A stretch of DNA of 64,000 bases from Utricularia gibba (lineage: Eukaryota > Plantae > Magnoliophyta): positions 1,054,001-1,118,000 of the forward strand of contig NEEC01000009.1 of the NCBI GenBank assembly GCA_002189035.1. Direction: 5' to 3'. The translations under genes and the position numbers were made by a program. Each line of letters begins with the position of its first letter. Position 1 is the first letter of the stretch. The notes under the pieces are model-generated. The model saw only the letters and a list, made by a program, of their open reading frames with translations. It did not search any database and had not been told where the DNA came from. This document shows positions 11,840-24,470 of this stretch, one piece after another.

Positions 11840-14799
11840 CTACTGCTCTTCTTGGTCTTTCTCAGGAGCATCATCCCCACTTCGCGCATGCACCTGGTCG
11901 AAGAAATCAAAGGAGCTCAACTCTGTGGTGCTGTTGTAATCCTCTGCAACATGTATGTAGGCTCCCATGGCGATTTCCCACCGGATGACTTCGAGAATGA
12001 ACTTGAAAGCCTCATCGACGGTGCGACGGTTCCTTGCACTCGTCTGGCACACGAATAGCTTCCTACCGGTAAGTTCATGATACACCTCCTTGAACTTCTT
12101 CCCCACGTAGAAATAGGCCTTTTGGGCCATTGACTGCTTCGCCTCCATGCTGTTGCTCCTGCTACTTGAAGAGATGAGCTGGGAGTCTGAGAACCATTCG
12201 CAGGTGCTCAAGGGGACACGATTGATCTTGTCTTCGAACAAATCGTACTGGTTGAGTATGAGAACAAAGGGAGTGGCACTAAAACAGGGCTGCCTGATCA
12301 TGGTCTCGAAAAGCTCCCTGCTTTTGATCATCTTATTCTCATTGCCTGAAAACTGGTCGTACTCGCTGAGGGCGACGCAGAACACCACTGCTCGGACATC
12401 CTCGAACATCTCTACCCATTTGAAGCCATCGCCACTCATTCGGATCAGCTGACACCTCGCTGTTGGCAGGGCGATGCCTACAGCTTCCAGATCTTCTTCA
12501 TGGGATTCCATCGGACTCTGGTCATCGATGGATAAATCCATGAAAGCCAGTCCGTTTCCCTGAGCCACCCCTTCTGCGTAGAGGATATCCTTATCCGAAG
12601 GTTCGTACTCATCGCTTGAGATTTCGACTGCCTGAGGAGAGTAAGACAAAGCAGATAAAGAGAGTCAAAAAAAAGGTAAGTGACACCCTTCAGGAATTCA
12701 ATATGTGTATGCTTATCTCTTACCCTGCTCAAGAAGTGTTCAGCTGCGTCTGGATTAAACTGCAGCTCATTTCTTCGCAGGAAAGTCGCCTGAATGGCGG
12801 GATCCTTCCAAATGTCTTCCACACGGTGTGCAAACTCACGTGTTGCAGCAGGGAAAAAGGAATCCCAGTCTCCATTGGCAATTACGCTAAGTAGCCAATC
12901 GGAGGAACTCTTGAGTTGAGGATTCAGGGAATATACATGCGAACTTTGATCATTTTCACAGCCTATACCAGAGAAGTTTCATGATCATACATCCAAGATT
13001 CTTCTTTGATGGACAGGTTTCAGCTTTTACCTTGTTCTTCATGGCTTCCGCTAGCTACTGAAGCAGCAGCCTCCTCTTCGAAGCGTTCTCGGCCATCAAG
13101 TAGAATGCTGAGGTACTTGTACATGTTCCTCTGAATCATAAGTTTCATATCCTGACGCTCCTCTGCTGTAAATTTGTCCCCGTACAGAAATCTTGCCTAT
13201 TCAAGGTAACCAACATGCGAATCATCAGTCAACAGAATCCTTCTCTGCAACATAAGTTGTGTGCTTGATGTTGATCACCTGCTTGAAGATGGTGCAAGAA
13301 CTGGAGCCGAGAAGCAGAAGCTTATGAATCTTCCCTGTCTGCATATAATGCGAACCACTCGTTGAGCAGTTGCTCACCACGCCCGTGGTCGCAGTTGGAG
13401 GCACAGGCAAGGAGAACAAGGAGCAAAACCAACGAGTGGAAGCCTGAGAGATCAGGGTAAAATCACCAGTTAAAATGAAGGAACTGATGAAGCTCGAAAT
13501 GAACTGAAAAACACACATTTTCCCATATATGTCCTTTGATGCGATCCTGGCCTTCCTCTTGATAGCTGCCATTGCCAAAAACCCACAAATGTGTACCTCG
13601 AGGGCAATACACATTTGCCATCTGGGATTCACAAGAAAAAAGAATGTTAAGAGAACTCAAAATAAAATCTTTTGCATTCAAAGCAAAGAAGAGCAAACCT
13701 TCAGTGCTGTCAACTCAAGTTTTGTAATTTGTCTATCATTGATATACACCTCTGTGTTTCCATTGCTTGCATTTGGACTTAGCCTTCCTGTAAACTTCAA
13801 GTGTGGACTAATAATACTGTCTGGTTTTTCACCTTCCTGTGAAGAACAATCCATTTCATCATGAATGCAGAGGCAAGCAACTACAGTGAATTAACCAAAA
13901 TCTTGTACCTTTCCCCAGAAACCTACTACTTTATCATACCAATACCGGCCTGGCTTGAGTTTCTTGGGAGGAAGAGGGCAATGAAGAAGATCAGCCATCT
14001 CACCAGGTTTCAGAGGGCAGCCATTAACAATGATCTGCTCGGGACGAAGCTGATAAGCAAAGCATTCTTTTTCTGCCTTCAAGATACGTTTAACTTCCAA
14101 GGGACTGAGTAGACGAGACAAGATACTGGAATGCTTTCCCAACTTGCTTCGCTTCGACTCATCAATCGGTTTTCCAGTACAAGTGATGCACTTACGCCCC
14201 TCTGACATAGAGCCCATTTCACTACGCACACAGTTCGCACAGTACCTGGCATCACAAACCAGGCAAGCTTCCTTTGACCTCCACTTCCCTTTTCCGCATC
14301 TAGAACACACATTTGATTTCTTCCTTGTCTTGTTGTCGGATTCAGAAAGTGGGATTTCCCCGCTGTGCACGATTTCAGTTTGGGATACTTCATGCCCATT
14401 AAAGGTGACCCTCTTGTTTTCATGCGTGGGGGAAGCTGAAGCAGAATGTAGCGTTAAATTGCCATTCTGCAGTACAGAATCAGAAGATTCTGAACTTCCT
14501 GTCACTTTTGGACTGTGATCGGCCGGAATGGGAAACCTGAGCGAAACTGGTAAAGCGATTGGTTCTACGACCGGGATCCAATCATAAGGAGGCAATGTTC
14601 TTGATCCTGAAACAGGATCAGCTATAGGAATAGAATCGGCATCAAAATCAACAGGCTCTACTCTGGGAAGATTATATGAAACTGGAGGACCCTGATACTC
14701 TAAAGCTATTGAATAGTCCAATTTATCAGGTATCGGAGCTCCTGGTGGAAGCAGTTTCCTCAGCGTATCTTTCCAGTCATCTTCCTCATGGTTATCCAT
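11840..14799 (-). CDS. XLG3: Extra-large G protein, XLG3-like, with degenerate nucleotide-binding motifs
   Basis: [24 protein letters not shown], Cys-rich CSRCGKGK...[29 protein letters not shown], and a Galpha-like domain ([23 protein letters not shown]). Confidence 0.92.
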
Positions 14800-15856
14800 A
14801 TCACTTGACTAAAATCTCTCCTCAAATCTTCAGGAAAAAAAAAAAAAAAAAAAAAACCCAACTTTGAATAATAACGTCTGGGAAGTAATGGAAATTCTCA
14901 GGACGATCAAATTCAGGTCAGAAAAACCCAATACCAAGAGGAAGAAGTATGAAATGACAGCAGCTGGGTCAACTGACTCACCTCGAATACCAAGAGATCA
15001 CTGCGCCTCAGCCTAATTCGAGAAATTCTACAAATCGGATGATGAAGGGTATCAATCCATCTCAGCTGCAAAAGACGAAAAAAACCCACACAGCCCTGAG
15101 TCAGTACGACGACCAAGACGTTGACTCGCCGATGTACGAGACCAAGAGGTCCCAGAAGTGGGTTCTCAAACTTCCAAGAAAAGACAACTAGTGTAAATCC
15201 CGAGAATGCCATGGAATGATTACGCATTTCGACATGGCAGAAACGAAGACCAAGTTGGCATCTAGGGATGATTGTGGAACACAAAAATCTTGGTTACCCA
15301 GAAAGCGAAAAGAGACAGTGACTACATATGTAAACTTACAGGAGATCCATTTTTTCCACCACAGTACAGCAAAGTGCGTCTTTGTCTGATCCGAAAGCCA
15401 CAAGATGACAACCTAATCACGAGGAGTTTACCGTCAGGACACCACCGCCGGGCAGGTCCAGAAAACCGAGTCCTGTAATCATCTTTTTAAGGTTTAATTG
15501 TGGAGACGTAGTTTCTTCTATTTAAAACAGCAGACAGAGTCGAATCAGTCTGAACCGGTAAACGTCGAGTTGAATCATGGCAGGTTTAATGGTGAGACAA
15601 AGAGGATGTCAGCAGTGATGGGATATCATCTCTTGAAAGTTCTTGGCAACCCAATTGATCTCTGAACACTCCCATGTTTAAAAATCTCACAAAGAAAATG
15701 TGGTGGATCATGAAAATATATATATGTATATTCAGAACACGAGGAAGAATGAGAATATTGTTACACCGACAGCAATTTGCAACGCACCAGCAAGCAGATG
15801 CATTTGTTCAATGAAACTTGATGACAACTCTCTGCACATCTGGTTTCTTGTGTCCT

Positions 15857-18061
15857 TCAAATGGGAGCCGCGCATGTCGTCCTGAAATGGCCCGTCTGAT
15901 TACAGCGGCTGCAATGCACAACCCTCTTCACCCGGCCGCGATCCTCGGCCCTCACGCGTTTCTTCCTCGGCCGTCCTGGTGGATGAAGTGATCTGGGAGG
16001 ATTGATTATTACTTCCATGGCTTTTCCAACATTAGGATCCCCATCAGCCAGCTCCTTCCACAGGGTCTTGTCTGGAATCGGATGGATCGTCTGCGCATAT
16101 GTTTTCCGATATGTGGCCACCGTGAAGCAGCTCTCAGTGAAACGATGCACATTCTGCCGGCATGAGAGGAGAGCAGCGACAGCATGCGCACAGGGTAAGC
16201 CGTAGAGCTGCCATCCACGGCAGAGACAGCACCGGTTGCGAATGTCCACTATGTTGGTTCCTTCATGGGAAATCACCTCGAATTCAGCTTCATTAGCGCG
16301 AAGGACCTGGTAAGTCCTTGCACGCTCAAGCGCCTCAGCCACTCGTCGCTCCGCACTGGGGACGAGAATAGACGTCCACTGCATGCTCAATTCTCGACGC
16401 TCGTGGAACCACGTCATGAGCTGCCTCCGGATGCATTCCATCATCTGAATTATGGGGAGACCTGAAGCTTCAAGGATCCATGAGTTCAAACACTCCACTA
16501 CATTGGCGGTTAAGTGTCCAAATCTTGTTCCTTCAAAGTAAGCTGAAGCCCACAGCCTTGGGGAAATTCTGCGAATCCAATATGCTGCATCTTGTGAGAT
16601 AGCTTCTATTTCAAGAATCTTTGCTTCAAATTCTGTGATCGTCAGAGCATGTGCTGCATCCCAGAGAAGGTTTGCGAGCATCGAGTTATTGAACTCTTTA
16701 CGGAAGCTTTCACTCAAATGGTGCAAGCAGTAACCATGGAAAGCAGTAGGAAAATTTGCTTCCACACCATCTACAATGCCCTTCTGCCTGTCTGATAAAA
16801 TGGTAAGCCTTGGCATGTTCTCTGTATTCACCTCAAGAAGGTTATGAAGCTCTAACAGAAACCACATCCAGTTGTCATCATTTTCCTCATCGACGACACC
16901 GAAGGCCAGAGGAAAAAGTCCACCATCCCCATCAAAACCTGTGGCCAGAAGCAGTGTACCAAGGTATTTGCTTTTCAAGAATGTTCTATCAAGACCAAGA
17001 AGTGGGCGACAAGCATTCAGGAAGCCATATATTGAAGCCTGGAATGAAATGAAGAGGCGCTGAAAGCAGCCGTCCGCAGGGCTTCCATATACAGATGCAA
17101 TGCTACCAGGGTTGGTTCTTTTAATCTGCTCACAGTACTGTGGGAGGAGACGATAGCCTTCTTCAAAGGATCCACGCATTGCAGCCATAATTCTTTCCTT
17201 GCCACGCCATGCTTGTTTATAAGATAACGTGATACCATGGATTCTATGAATTTCCTCCAGTATCTCCTTTGGTTTGTAATTAGGATTCTCACGAAGACGC
17301 TCCTCAACAGAATTAGCAACCCATTGAACTGAAGCCTGCTGATGTCCCAGATGCGCTATTCCTCCACAAGTATGGTTGTCGTTAATGGTCCTTATGGTGA
17401 AGGTAGGTACACCAGGAAGCTTCGCAGCATGAATGCGCCAAGGACATCCTTCAGTGGCACATTTGGCAGTGAACCGAGTTTTATCAGATTTTATGGTCTG
17501 CATTTCAAAATGCAAGGCAATAGCTGTGTCTCTCAGAGCTCGACGACAGGCTTTGACATCCGCAAATTCTTGGCCTACATGGAGCTCATAGTTGGGACTA
17601 ACAGCAAGTGTTCTCTGCTGAAGAACATGGTTGGGGGTAACCACTAGAGCCTGTCGAAGACTCATATCATGCAAAGACTCCATCCCCATATCATCGTGCT
17701 GGATCACCGATAATTCCATATTCTCATCAAGTTCTTGGGTGTCAGAGATAGCCAGCTCATTTTGATCAGACATGTCCAGTTCACTGTTTCCTCTATGCAA
17801 ATGCATCTCTTCGATTTCATGATCATGTTTCTCCTCCATGGCCAAGGTATTCTCCTGTCTGCACTCATTCTCTTCGTGACCCTCAATCTCATGTCCATGG
17901 CCGAGTCTTGATTCCCACTCGTGAGCCTGATCCATTTCCAGGCCATGGCCATGGCCCTGGACCATAGCCATGCTGTGGCTTCTGTTCATCACAGCGGAGT
18001 GGCTATGTCCAAGGGCTCCGGCATTACTCTGCCTCCCAAGCAACATATCATGGTTAACCAT
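15857..18061 (-). CDS. MUSTANG-A family domesticated Mutator-like transposase (MuDR, MULE, SWIM, zinc knuckle)
   Basis: Single intact 734-aa ORF from ATG 18061: CATEGCPWRIHA, LLGLDRTFL, ILSDRQKG, CLCRGWQLYGLPCAHA, CSRCNQTGHFRTTC, ending AAPI; no TIRs or TSD seen; long 5'UTR intron upstream. Confidence 0.92.
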   Translation of the reverse strand: MVNHDMLLGRQSNAGALGHSHSAVMNRSHSMAMVQGHGHGLEMDQAHEWESRLGHGHEIEGHEENECRQENTLAMEEKHDHEIEEMHLHRGNSELDMSDQNELAISDTQELDENMELSVIQHDDMGMESLHDMSLRQALVVTPNHVLQQRTLAVSPNYELHVGQEFADVKACRRALRDTAIALHFEMQTIKSDKTRFTAKCATEGCPWRIHAAKLPGVPTFTIRTINDNHTCGGIAHLGHQQASVQWVANSVEERLRENPNYKPKEILEEIHRIHGITLSYKQAWRGKERIMAAMRGSFEEGYRLLPQYCEQIKRTNPGSIASVYGSPADGCFQRLFISFQASIYGFLNACRPLLGLDRTFLKSKYLGTLLLATGFDGDGGLFPLAFGVVDEENDDNWMWFLLELHNLLEVNTENMPRLTILSDRQKGIVDGVEANFPTAFHGYCLHHLSESFRKEFNNSMLANLLWDAAHALTITEFEAKILEIEAISQDAAYWIRRISPRLWASAYFEGTRFGHLTANVVECLNSWILEASGLPIIQMMECIRRQLMTWFHERRELSMQWTSILVPSAERRVAEALERARTYQVLRANEAEFEVISHEGTNIVDIRNRCCLCRGWQLYGLPCAHAVAALLSCRQNVHRFTESCFTVATYRKTYAQTIHPIPDKTLWKELADGDPNVGKAMEVIINPPRSLHPPGRPRKKRVRAEDRGRVKRVVHCSRCNQTGHFRTTCAAPI

Positions 18062-19062
18062 CTTCTCTTGAACTCTGCGATCATCCACAAAAGGAAAAAC
18101 TTTAGATCAACCTTCTATTAACTGATCGCACACTAGAAAACCAAAGCAAAATACATACAAGTGGACGAATTTCGACTGTTGAAACCAAAAATACATATAT
18201 CACCTTTTGAGTATAAAAAACGTGTCAAAACAACAGGTTACGAAGTGACCCAATCAGGAAAACAAAATTAAGAGCAGGAGATAAATAGAAACCAGGAAAG
18301 CTGCACACACGAAATTCCTTACAGACACATAAAAGCTCGAATACAGTACCCAGGTTCTGACTCAGGTGAATAGGAACAACAAACACAGCATCCAGTACCC
18401 CAACTTGACGGGAACCAGAAAAAGGGGGGCAAAAAAAGAAACTTTGCAAGTACCCTGAAAACGCAAGACAACAAAGTACCTGGATAACAAAGTTGAAAGA
18501 AAGAACCCAGGAGCTGAAGCGAAAAAGACCACTTGTCCCGGAACCGATAAAGATGCCTAAACCGATCCGGCGAAAACCCACCTTCAATTCATGCCAGAAA
18601 GCAGTACAGAAGAAAGCGTTCAGAAATGAGCAACGGCTAGGCAAAATAACGAGAAACAAAACTCGCGCGCGTAAAGGGTAGAGCGAAGGAGAGAATGGGG
18701 AAATCGGAGACGAAAGGGTAAGGGATGCGAAGATTGAGAGGCGCACCTAACGCTGTTGGAGATGGGTATTTAGGTCAAAATCGTTGTTCCTCCTCATCTC
18801 TCTGTTTTGGACTTTACTCTATTACCCCTTTCTCTCTCTCCCTTTTTTTTAACCGCCGGTAAATATTTCCTCCATTTTACTTTTCTCCTCAACGGATTCA
18901 CCATGCACCCACGCCCATATTTTAACATTATATTTATAATTAAAAAATAGTTTCTCAAAGTCATGATGCGTACTTTTACTTAGTTATTGTTTCTTAAAAA
19001 TCATTTTTAGAGAAATTACTCAAATAAAATAAAATTTAAGATTTGACAAATTCTCAAAACTA

Positions 19063-19610
19063 AGAATACGAAATATCAAATTACGAATAAAAATTTTATT
19101 ATTTTAATAAAAATAAGAATAAGATACGAATTCGATATATATACGTATCTTATACAAAGTATTCAAGAAAAATATGAAATCCCCGTGTATGCATACCCCC
19201 ATGCAAAATTCATTTTCGATTTCCGGCTTTCGTTTTTCAATGTTCGTGGTCATAAATCAAATTTGATCTTGAATTGTATAAATATGCTTGAATGCAATGA
19301 ATCACACACTATATAAAACATAAATGAGAATACGAACTATAAACTAAATGAATAAAATTTGTATTATTATAAAGTAAGAATAGGATACGAATTAGATACA
19401 CTTACATATCCTATGCAGAGTATTGAAGAAAAATATGAAATCTCCATAATAAAATTTCAATATCAGGTATGCATAGTATTCATGCTACCTTGTTTCAGAT
19501 TTCGGGTTTTCTTTATTCCATGTTCATCCTCATAAATCAAGTTCAAGTTCGATCTCGAATTGTACAAGCATGTTGAGGTGCAATCAATCACACCATCTAA
19601 ACACATGAAC
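19063..19610. repeat. Diverged ~265-280-bp tandem duplication downstream of TatA
   Basis: Collinear paired motifs: agaatacgaa 19063/19327; gtatt(c/g)aagaaaaatatgaaatc 19159/19420; tcataaatcaa 19250/19530; tgcaat(g/c)aatcacac near 19292/19579. Confidence 0.75.
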
Positions 19611-19657
19611 AAGCACTAGACTGTATTGTTTACAAGCACAAAAATGAAAGAAGCAGC

Positions 19658-20755
19658 TCAAGCATCTTCTTGCTTCTCGGAACCAGCCGGCGTGGAAGTA
19701 GTGGTAGCCTTCTCGGTGGCCGGCTCTACAGTAGAATCCCCATCCTTCTTCAGCTCTGACTCGAATTCTTTAGCAGCCTGCACTTGAAATATGACTCAAA
19801 CCACTAGTGATCAAGTAGGGGCAATGCACCACAATCCATAGTGATGTCCTAAACACAAAGAACTAGTTCCTTGCCGGGCAATCAAAACAGTACAAAACAA
19901 CGAACTCGTGGAGCAGATGACAGCAGAAGAGGGCTATATGACGAACAGTCAAAGGAAAGCTCAAAGCATATAGATCATGTCCGTTAGCTAATGCCGTCGA
20001 CTCTGGAACATACGATGCTAATCAATGGATCCTAGGAAGAGGATAACTCTGCTGTGCTAGTTCATGCATACCAACAAGAAAGTAGCTAACTTTTCTCCCA
20101 GTTCATGCAACAAATGAGTTCACCCCACATCTCAGTTAAGGAATTTGAATCCATTATTCTGATAAAGTATTATGCTTATACATTCCTGGGATACATAAAT
20201 ACCAAGAGAGGCACACGGGGTAAGGGGAAACCAGAACCAGAAACCCAGCACACCTACACAATAGCATCTGATAACAGGGATGTGATGTTAATGAGCATAG
20301 AGCTGCTCTAGCTTAATTTTGATAATCAATGGTGGCATTGGCCAGTGGAATACTCATATGAATAGCCAGTAGTTCTTTGAGACAGAATTATTAGGAGCGT
20401 TTTCGGGCAAAAAAGGCAAGTTTTTAAAGAGAAGGATGGATACCTGCTGAAAGCTCTTGACAGTTTTCCCGATACTTTTACCGACTTGGGGCAAATTCTT
20501 CGGACCGAAAACAAGCGCCGCGACGCCAGCAATAACGACGAGCTCCGGCACTCCAAGACCGAACAGACAAGTGCAGGAAAGCCCTAATCGATTCCTCCCC
20601 CGGCGGTTGTCCACCGATACCCTAATCCGGGAACGAAAATCCGATCCGCGGTTGAAAAAAATGGATGAGGAGGAGGACAGAGAAGTGCATCTTGGTGATA
20701 TATTACGCGGCGGCGGGGCCGCAACCGCAAATGCAGCAGATGACAAGGCCGCCAT
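19658..20755 (-). CDS. TATA: Chloroplast Sec-independent translocase subunit TatA (Tha4)
   Basis: Transit peptide + CLFGLGVPELVVIAGVAALVFGPKNLPQVGKSIGKTVKSFQQ (20755-20444) spliced to AAKEFESELKK...QEDA* (19777-19658). Confidence 0.95.
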
Positions 20756-20929
20756 TGGAGCAAGGCTTCAGCTACGCGAAAACGTTATCCGGATTTTCCG
20801 GCAAACCGCAATCTTGTAATTGGCCAAATTCCATCCAATATTACAAAATAAATAAATATTTTAATACATAGAATTCTTTCTTTTTCATAAGCAAATGGAC
20901 ATCACTGTAGCCTGAAGAACATCCATCCA

Positions 20930-22322
20930 TCATTCTTGATTCCGATCTTCTGGTTCTGTGTTATCATCATTTACGGCGCTTGTAACAGCTCGCCCTTTAG
21001 ACTTGGAGCCAAAGGAGGAGGCTTTACAGACACCCGCATGATGTCGAGTGGAAGGGGCGCCAGAACGCCGGCTCTGGCAGCCGTCGGAGGCATCGCCGAA
21101 GCTCTTTCTCCTCGTCAGATTGGGCGACTTGGCTCGTGTGACTGGCAGCTGCATTATCAGCTCAAAGATGAAGGGATGAATGAGCGTGGAAGAGTTGGTA
21201 CGTGTTGAATTCACCTTTTTTACTGGAGTTTTTGGTGGGGGTGCTTCACGGTAGAAGCTAGGAACTGGGTTTGCCTTGTACACCATGCTCTTTCTCAGCT
21301 GCTTTACAGCAGCTTCCTCTTCTTCCTGAAAATCAACTTCTCGTAAGCGTTTAGTGCAGTTGAATATGTTGAGGATTGATGTCAGCTCACCTTAATTTTC
21401 GCTTCGTTGTCCAGCCTCTCTTTCTCCAGAGCCTTGTGCTTTTCCTCTAGTTTGGTGTAGAACTAAAAAGTTAAGCAGCAAGGAGAAAATGATTTGAGTA
21501 ACACAGATGATATGAAGAGGGGGTACGCAAAGTCTTCCAGTGGGAGTCGAAAGTTACCTCCTTTCGTCGCTCTAAACGGTTCTGGATGACGAACTTTGGG
21601 GCAACAGGAACCGTCACCTTATGCTTGTTAATCTGCAGAGATGCCAGAGATCTATGGATGCTAAGGATTCCAATTGTAAAAAGGAGGCGAGTAACAACAA
21701 TACTGCATTGTGTTGTGTAAGGATGGATACGAAGAAGCCAGCGAAGCGTTTTCATCTTCGTCACAAGCTCTCTTTCCATGAGACTTCTGTTGGTTTGCGG
21801 ACATGGATGGAGACTTCGGCTGGACAACAAGTTACCATCTTTGTGAAGAAAGGCATTTTACCTACTCAAACCATTCAGCAAAGATCACACCATAACTGTC
21901 ACTTGACTCGAAAATTAAAGGGGGAGCGTTCTAACCAGTGTCTTGTCTAGATCATCAGCATGCCTTGCGTCCGAACTCTGCGCCCCTGCATCCGCTTCAG
22001 GATTCATTACCACAATGGAATTTTCATCAAAAGTGGCACTAGAAACAGAGCCTGAATCCAGCTTCATAGCTGGGCTCAAGCCTTTTTCAGTTTCTGTAAC
22101 CGCAGTGCTGCTTGGTGATTTCTCCTCAGCATCATTGCTGCTATATCTCTCCGGCAAAGAGACATCTCCCTTACCCACTTGGTGATCGAGTTTGGCATGA
22201 TCTTGAGGGCCATGGTCCTTTTCGACTGTTTCATTGCGAGAAGCGGGAAGCAGAGTATTCGACTTCGAGTTCAAAGAGCTCGGCTTCTGGCCACCACGCA
22301 ACCCAGCAACATCTCTCCCCAT
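20930..22322 (-). CDS. WVD2-like / TPX2-domain microtubule-associated protein
   Basis: VTVPVAPKF...RLERRKEFYTKLEEK...AVKQLRKSMVYKANPVPSFYREAPPPK...LPVTRAKSPNLTRRKS (TPX2 domain with KLEEK motif). Confidence 0.9.
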
Positions 22323-23113
22323 GTTTCTTGCAATTCAACCCTTACATGCACAGAACTTATGCCAAAGCCAACCCTTCCGAATTAGCGAAATGCAAGAATG
22401 TCAGTAAACAGTACAATCTGAAGACCATGGTGTTCAATTAGAAGGACTCTACCTTCTTACTAGAAAGGAAAATAAAAACACGATCTTTAATTCGTTAAGG
22501 CATAATCTTAATCAAAAGAAAAGCACCCATGACTGCGCCTCCAAAAGGCTTTCGTCCCACATGACCGTTATAAAAATTACTTGTTGGAGAGGAAAGCAGA
22601 TGTAGAAGTTCTTACAAATGGGGCGGTTTCGCAGCTTGTCCGGAGATGACAAATGCCTCTGTGTCTCATTCTCTTCTGGGCGTGCTAAGTTGACCTTCCC
22701 TATTCTCATCCTTCGATCGGTCTCCAATGGCCAACCCGTTTTTAACGGGGTGTCCAGTGAATGCTGGCCAACATTCACGACCCACGGATTGGCAGAGGCA
22801 GTTTTAATGAAATAAGCATTAACCACATGAATACAAGCAACTGAATTTATACTTATGACATATCTTTCTCACACCAAGGACCATCATTATATCAGCAAAC
22901 TTTGAGAGTTGCTTCATTGTTTTCGGGCTCGAAAGTTTCAAATGTTTTAAGTAAAATCAAGAACCATATCAGGTGGAAAGATGGGGAAGAAAAAGATAAC
23001 TAAACAGCATCATGTGTCCAAAATGATTTCTGATTTCAGGACAATAAAAGAGAACATGCTACGAGCCATATGATCTCAGCATAACACATCTCAGTAGCTC
23101 CAGGTGACAAAGA

Positions 23114-23703
23114 TCACTGTTGCTTGACCTCGGACTTCTTCTTTTGCCAGAGCCTGTCCAGTGCACTGTCAGCTTCACCCTGAATCAAGAACATGAACCC
23201 CGGGTGAGACCATTGAAATGGTGACGATCATCAATGGATAAGTAAATGATTCATGGATACTATCACAATTTAGCTACTGTATCCTTCAGGAGTTATTTAT
23301 TGCACGGTAAGTCGTTGTCCTAGGGAAAGGTTGGTAATCTTTCCAAGGAACAACAGTGAAGAAAACATCAATGGCTACAACAAACTCTTAGCAAAATGCC
23401 AGACACGACAGAAAACCGAGATCTATGGATCATACCTGTGCACGAATGAAGCCACAAAGAGCAAAAGTGGAAAACTGCCCAGTGTAACGACCAGTCTCAT
23501 CCAAGTGCCCAATATTTATCTGAACGGAAGCATGATCCTTGGAAGTGATTAGCCTGTTTGTTGCGGAGCTGTATATGCAAGAAAAACAAAAGAATTCTAG
23601 TAGGATCCCAGCGCACATACCGAAGACGATAAGAAATAAGAAGAAATACGCACCACTTCCGGGGAATGTAAAGATCCATATTTTGGCCCTCCTCGTTCTG
23701 CAT
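23114..23703 (-). CDS. RPS21: 40S ribosomal protein eS21
   Basis: Exons 23703-23654, 23568-23436 and 23179-23114: [41 protein letters not shown]...[21 protein letters not shown]. Confidence 0.97.
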
Positions 23704-24094
23704 CTCGGCTGAATCTCCAAACACACGGCAACAAAGTCACAAAGAAAGGCCGCAACCTGACGCAGCACGATCTCGTTAACTTTAAGTCATACAAATGTAA
23801 GAAGAAAACTGACAGCACATAAAGCCTAAATATTCAAACAAGAGTTAATCGAAACATTGCTTGCAAATCGGAAAAAGACGACGAAAAATGAAGAAACCTA
23901 AATCGCACATTCAATCACGAGAAGTTACAAACATAAAAACAGAAAGCACCCCGATCAGTCAATTCACACACCATACTAGATAGCGAACAGTTCCAAAAAC
24001 CCGAGAAAGGACGTACGATGGGAGTAAGAATTTACCGAACAAGAAGACGAACAGCAGAGACGACGGCAGCGGTAGGGAGAAAAAAATAGAGATG

Positions 24095-24470
24095 CCGCCC
24101 TTATATAGCAACAAGAAACAGAAACCCTAGATGTATAAATAAACAAAAAAAACAATTATTCCAAATTACTCCTTTTTTTATTATTTTAGAAAAAAATGAA
24201 AAAAATCTCATTTCATATTAAAAACAATAGATTTTTACTCTAAATTCATGTTATTTTCTCATAGATTTATTGGACAATAAATAAATCGGCCGAATTTTCG
24301 CATAGCTTAATAAGATATTCCGGAAAAGGATCGGCTGAGATTCCGTTTACGCAGAGCAGTTCGCGAGCCTGGGCCGGCCCTCTCCAATCTCGACCCAGTC
24401 CATTATATGGGCTTCTCTCTTTCTCAGCATTGTCTTAGATCGGCCCATCCCAGCCCAGCCCAGCCCATAC
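24095..24470 (-). promoter_or_regulatory. RPS21 promoter with TATA, telo-box-like and clustered site II elements
   Basis: gctatataag (minus strand, about 24100-24109), aaaccctag 24122-24130, TGGGCY/RGCCCA repeats 24370-24467; typical of plant ribosomal-protein promoters. Confidence 0.7.

Noticed and set aside
14835-14856. 22-nt A run (also 53582-53601) as a retroposon tail
   Set aside because: Both are T tracts inside minus-strand introns, with no adjacent element body or TSD.
15857-18061. Active Mutator transposon
   Set aside because: No terminal inverted repeats or target-site duplication; tightly flanked by host genes; matches the MUSTANG architecture.
18225-18746. 173-aa ORF upstream of MUSTANG
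   Set aside because: Phe/Leu-rich translation of a T-rich 5'UTR intron and leader; no domain.
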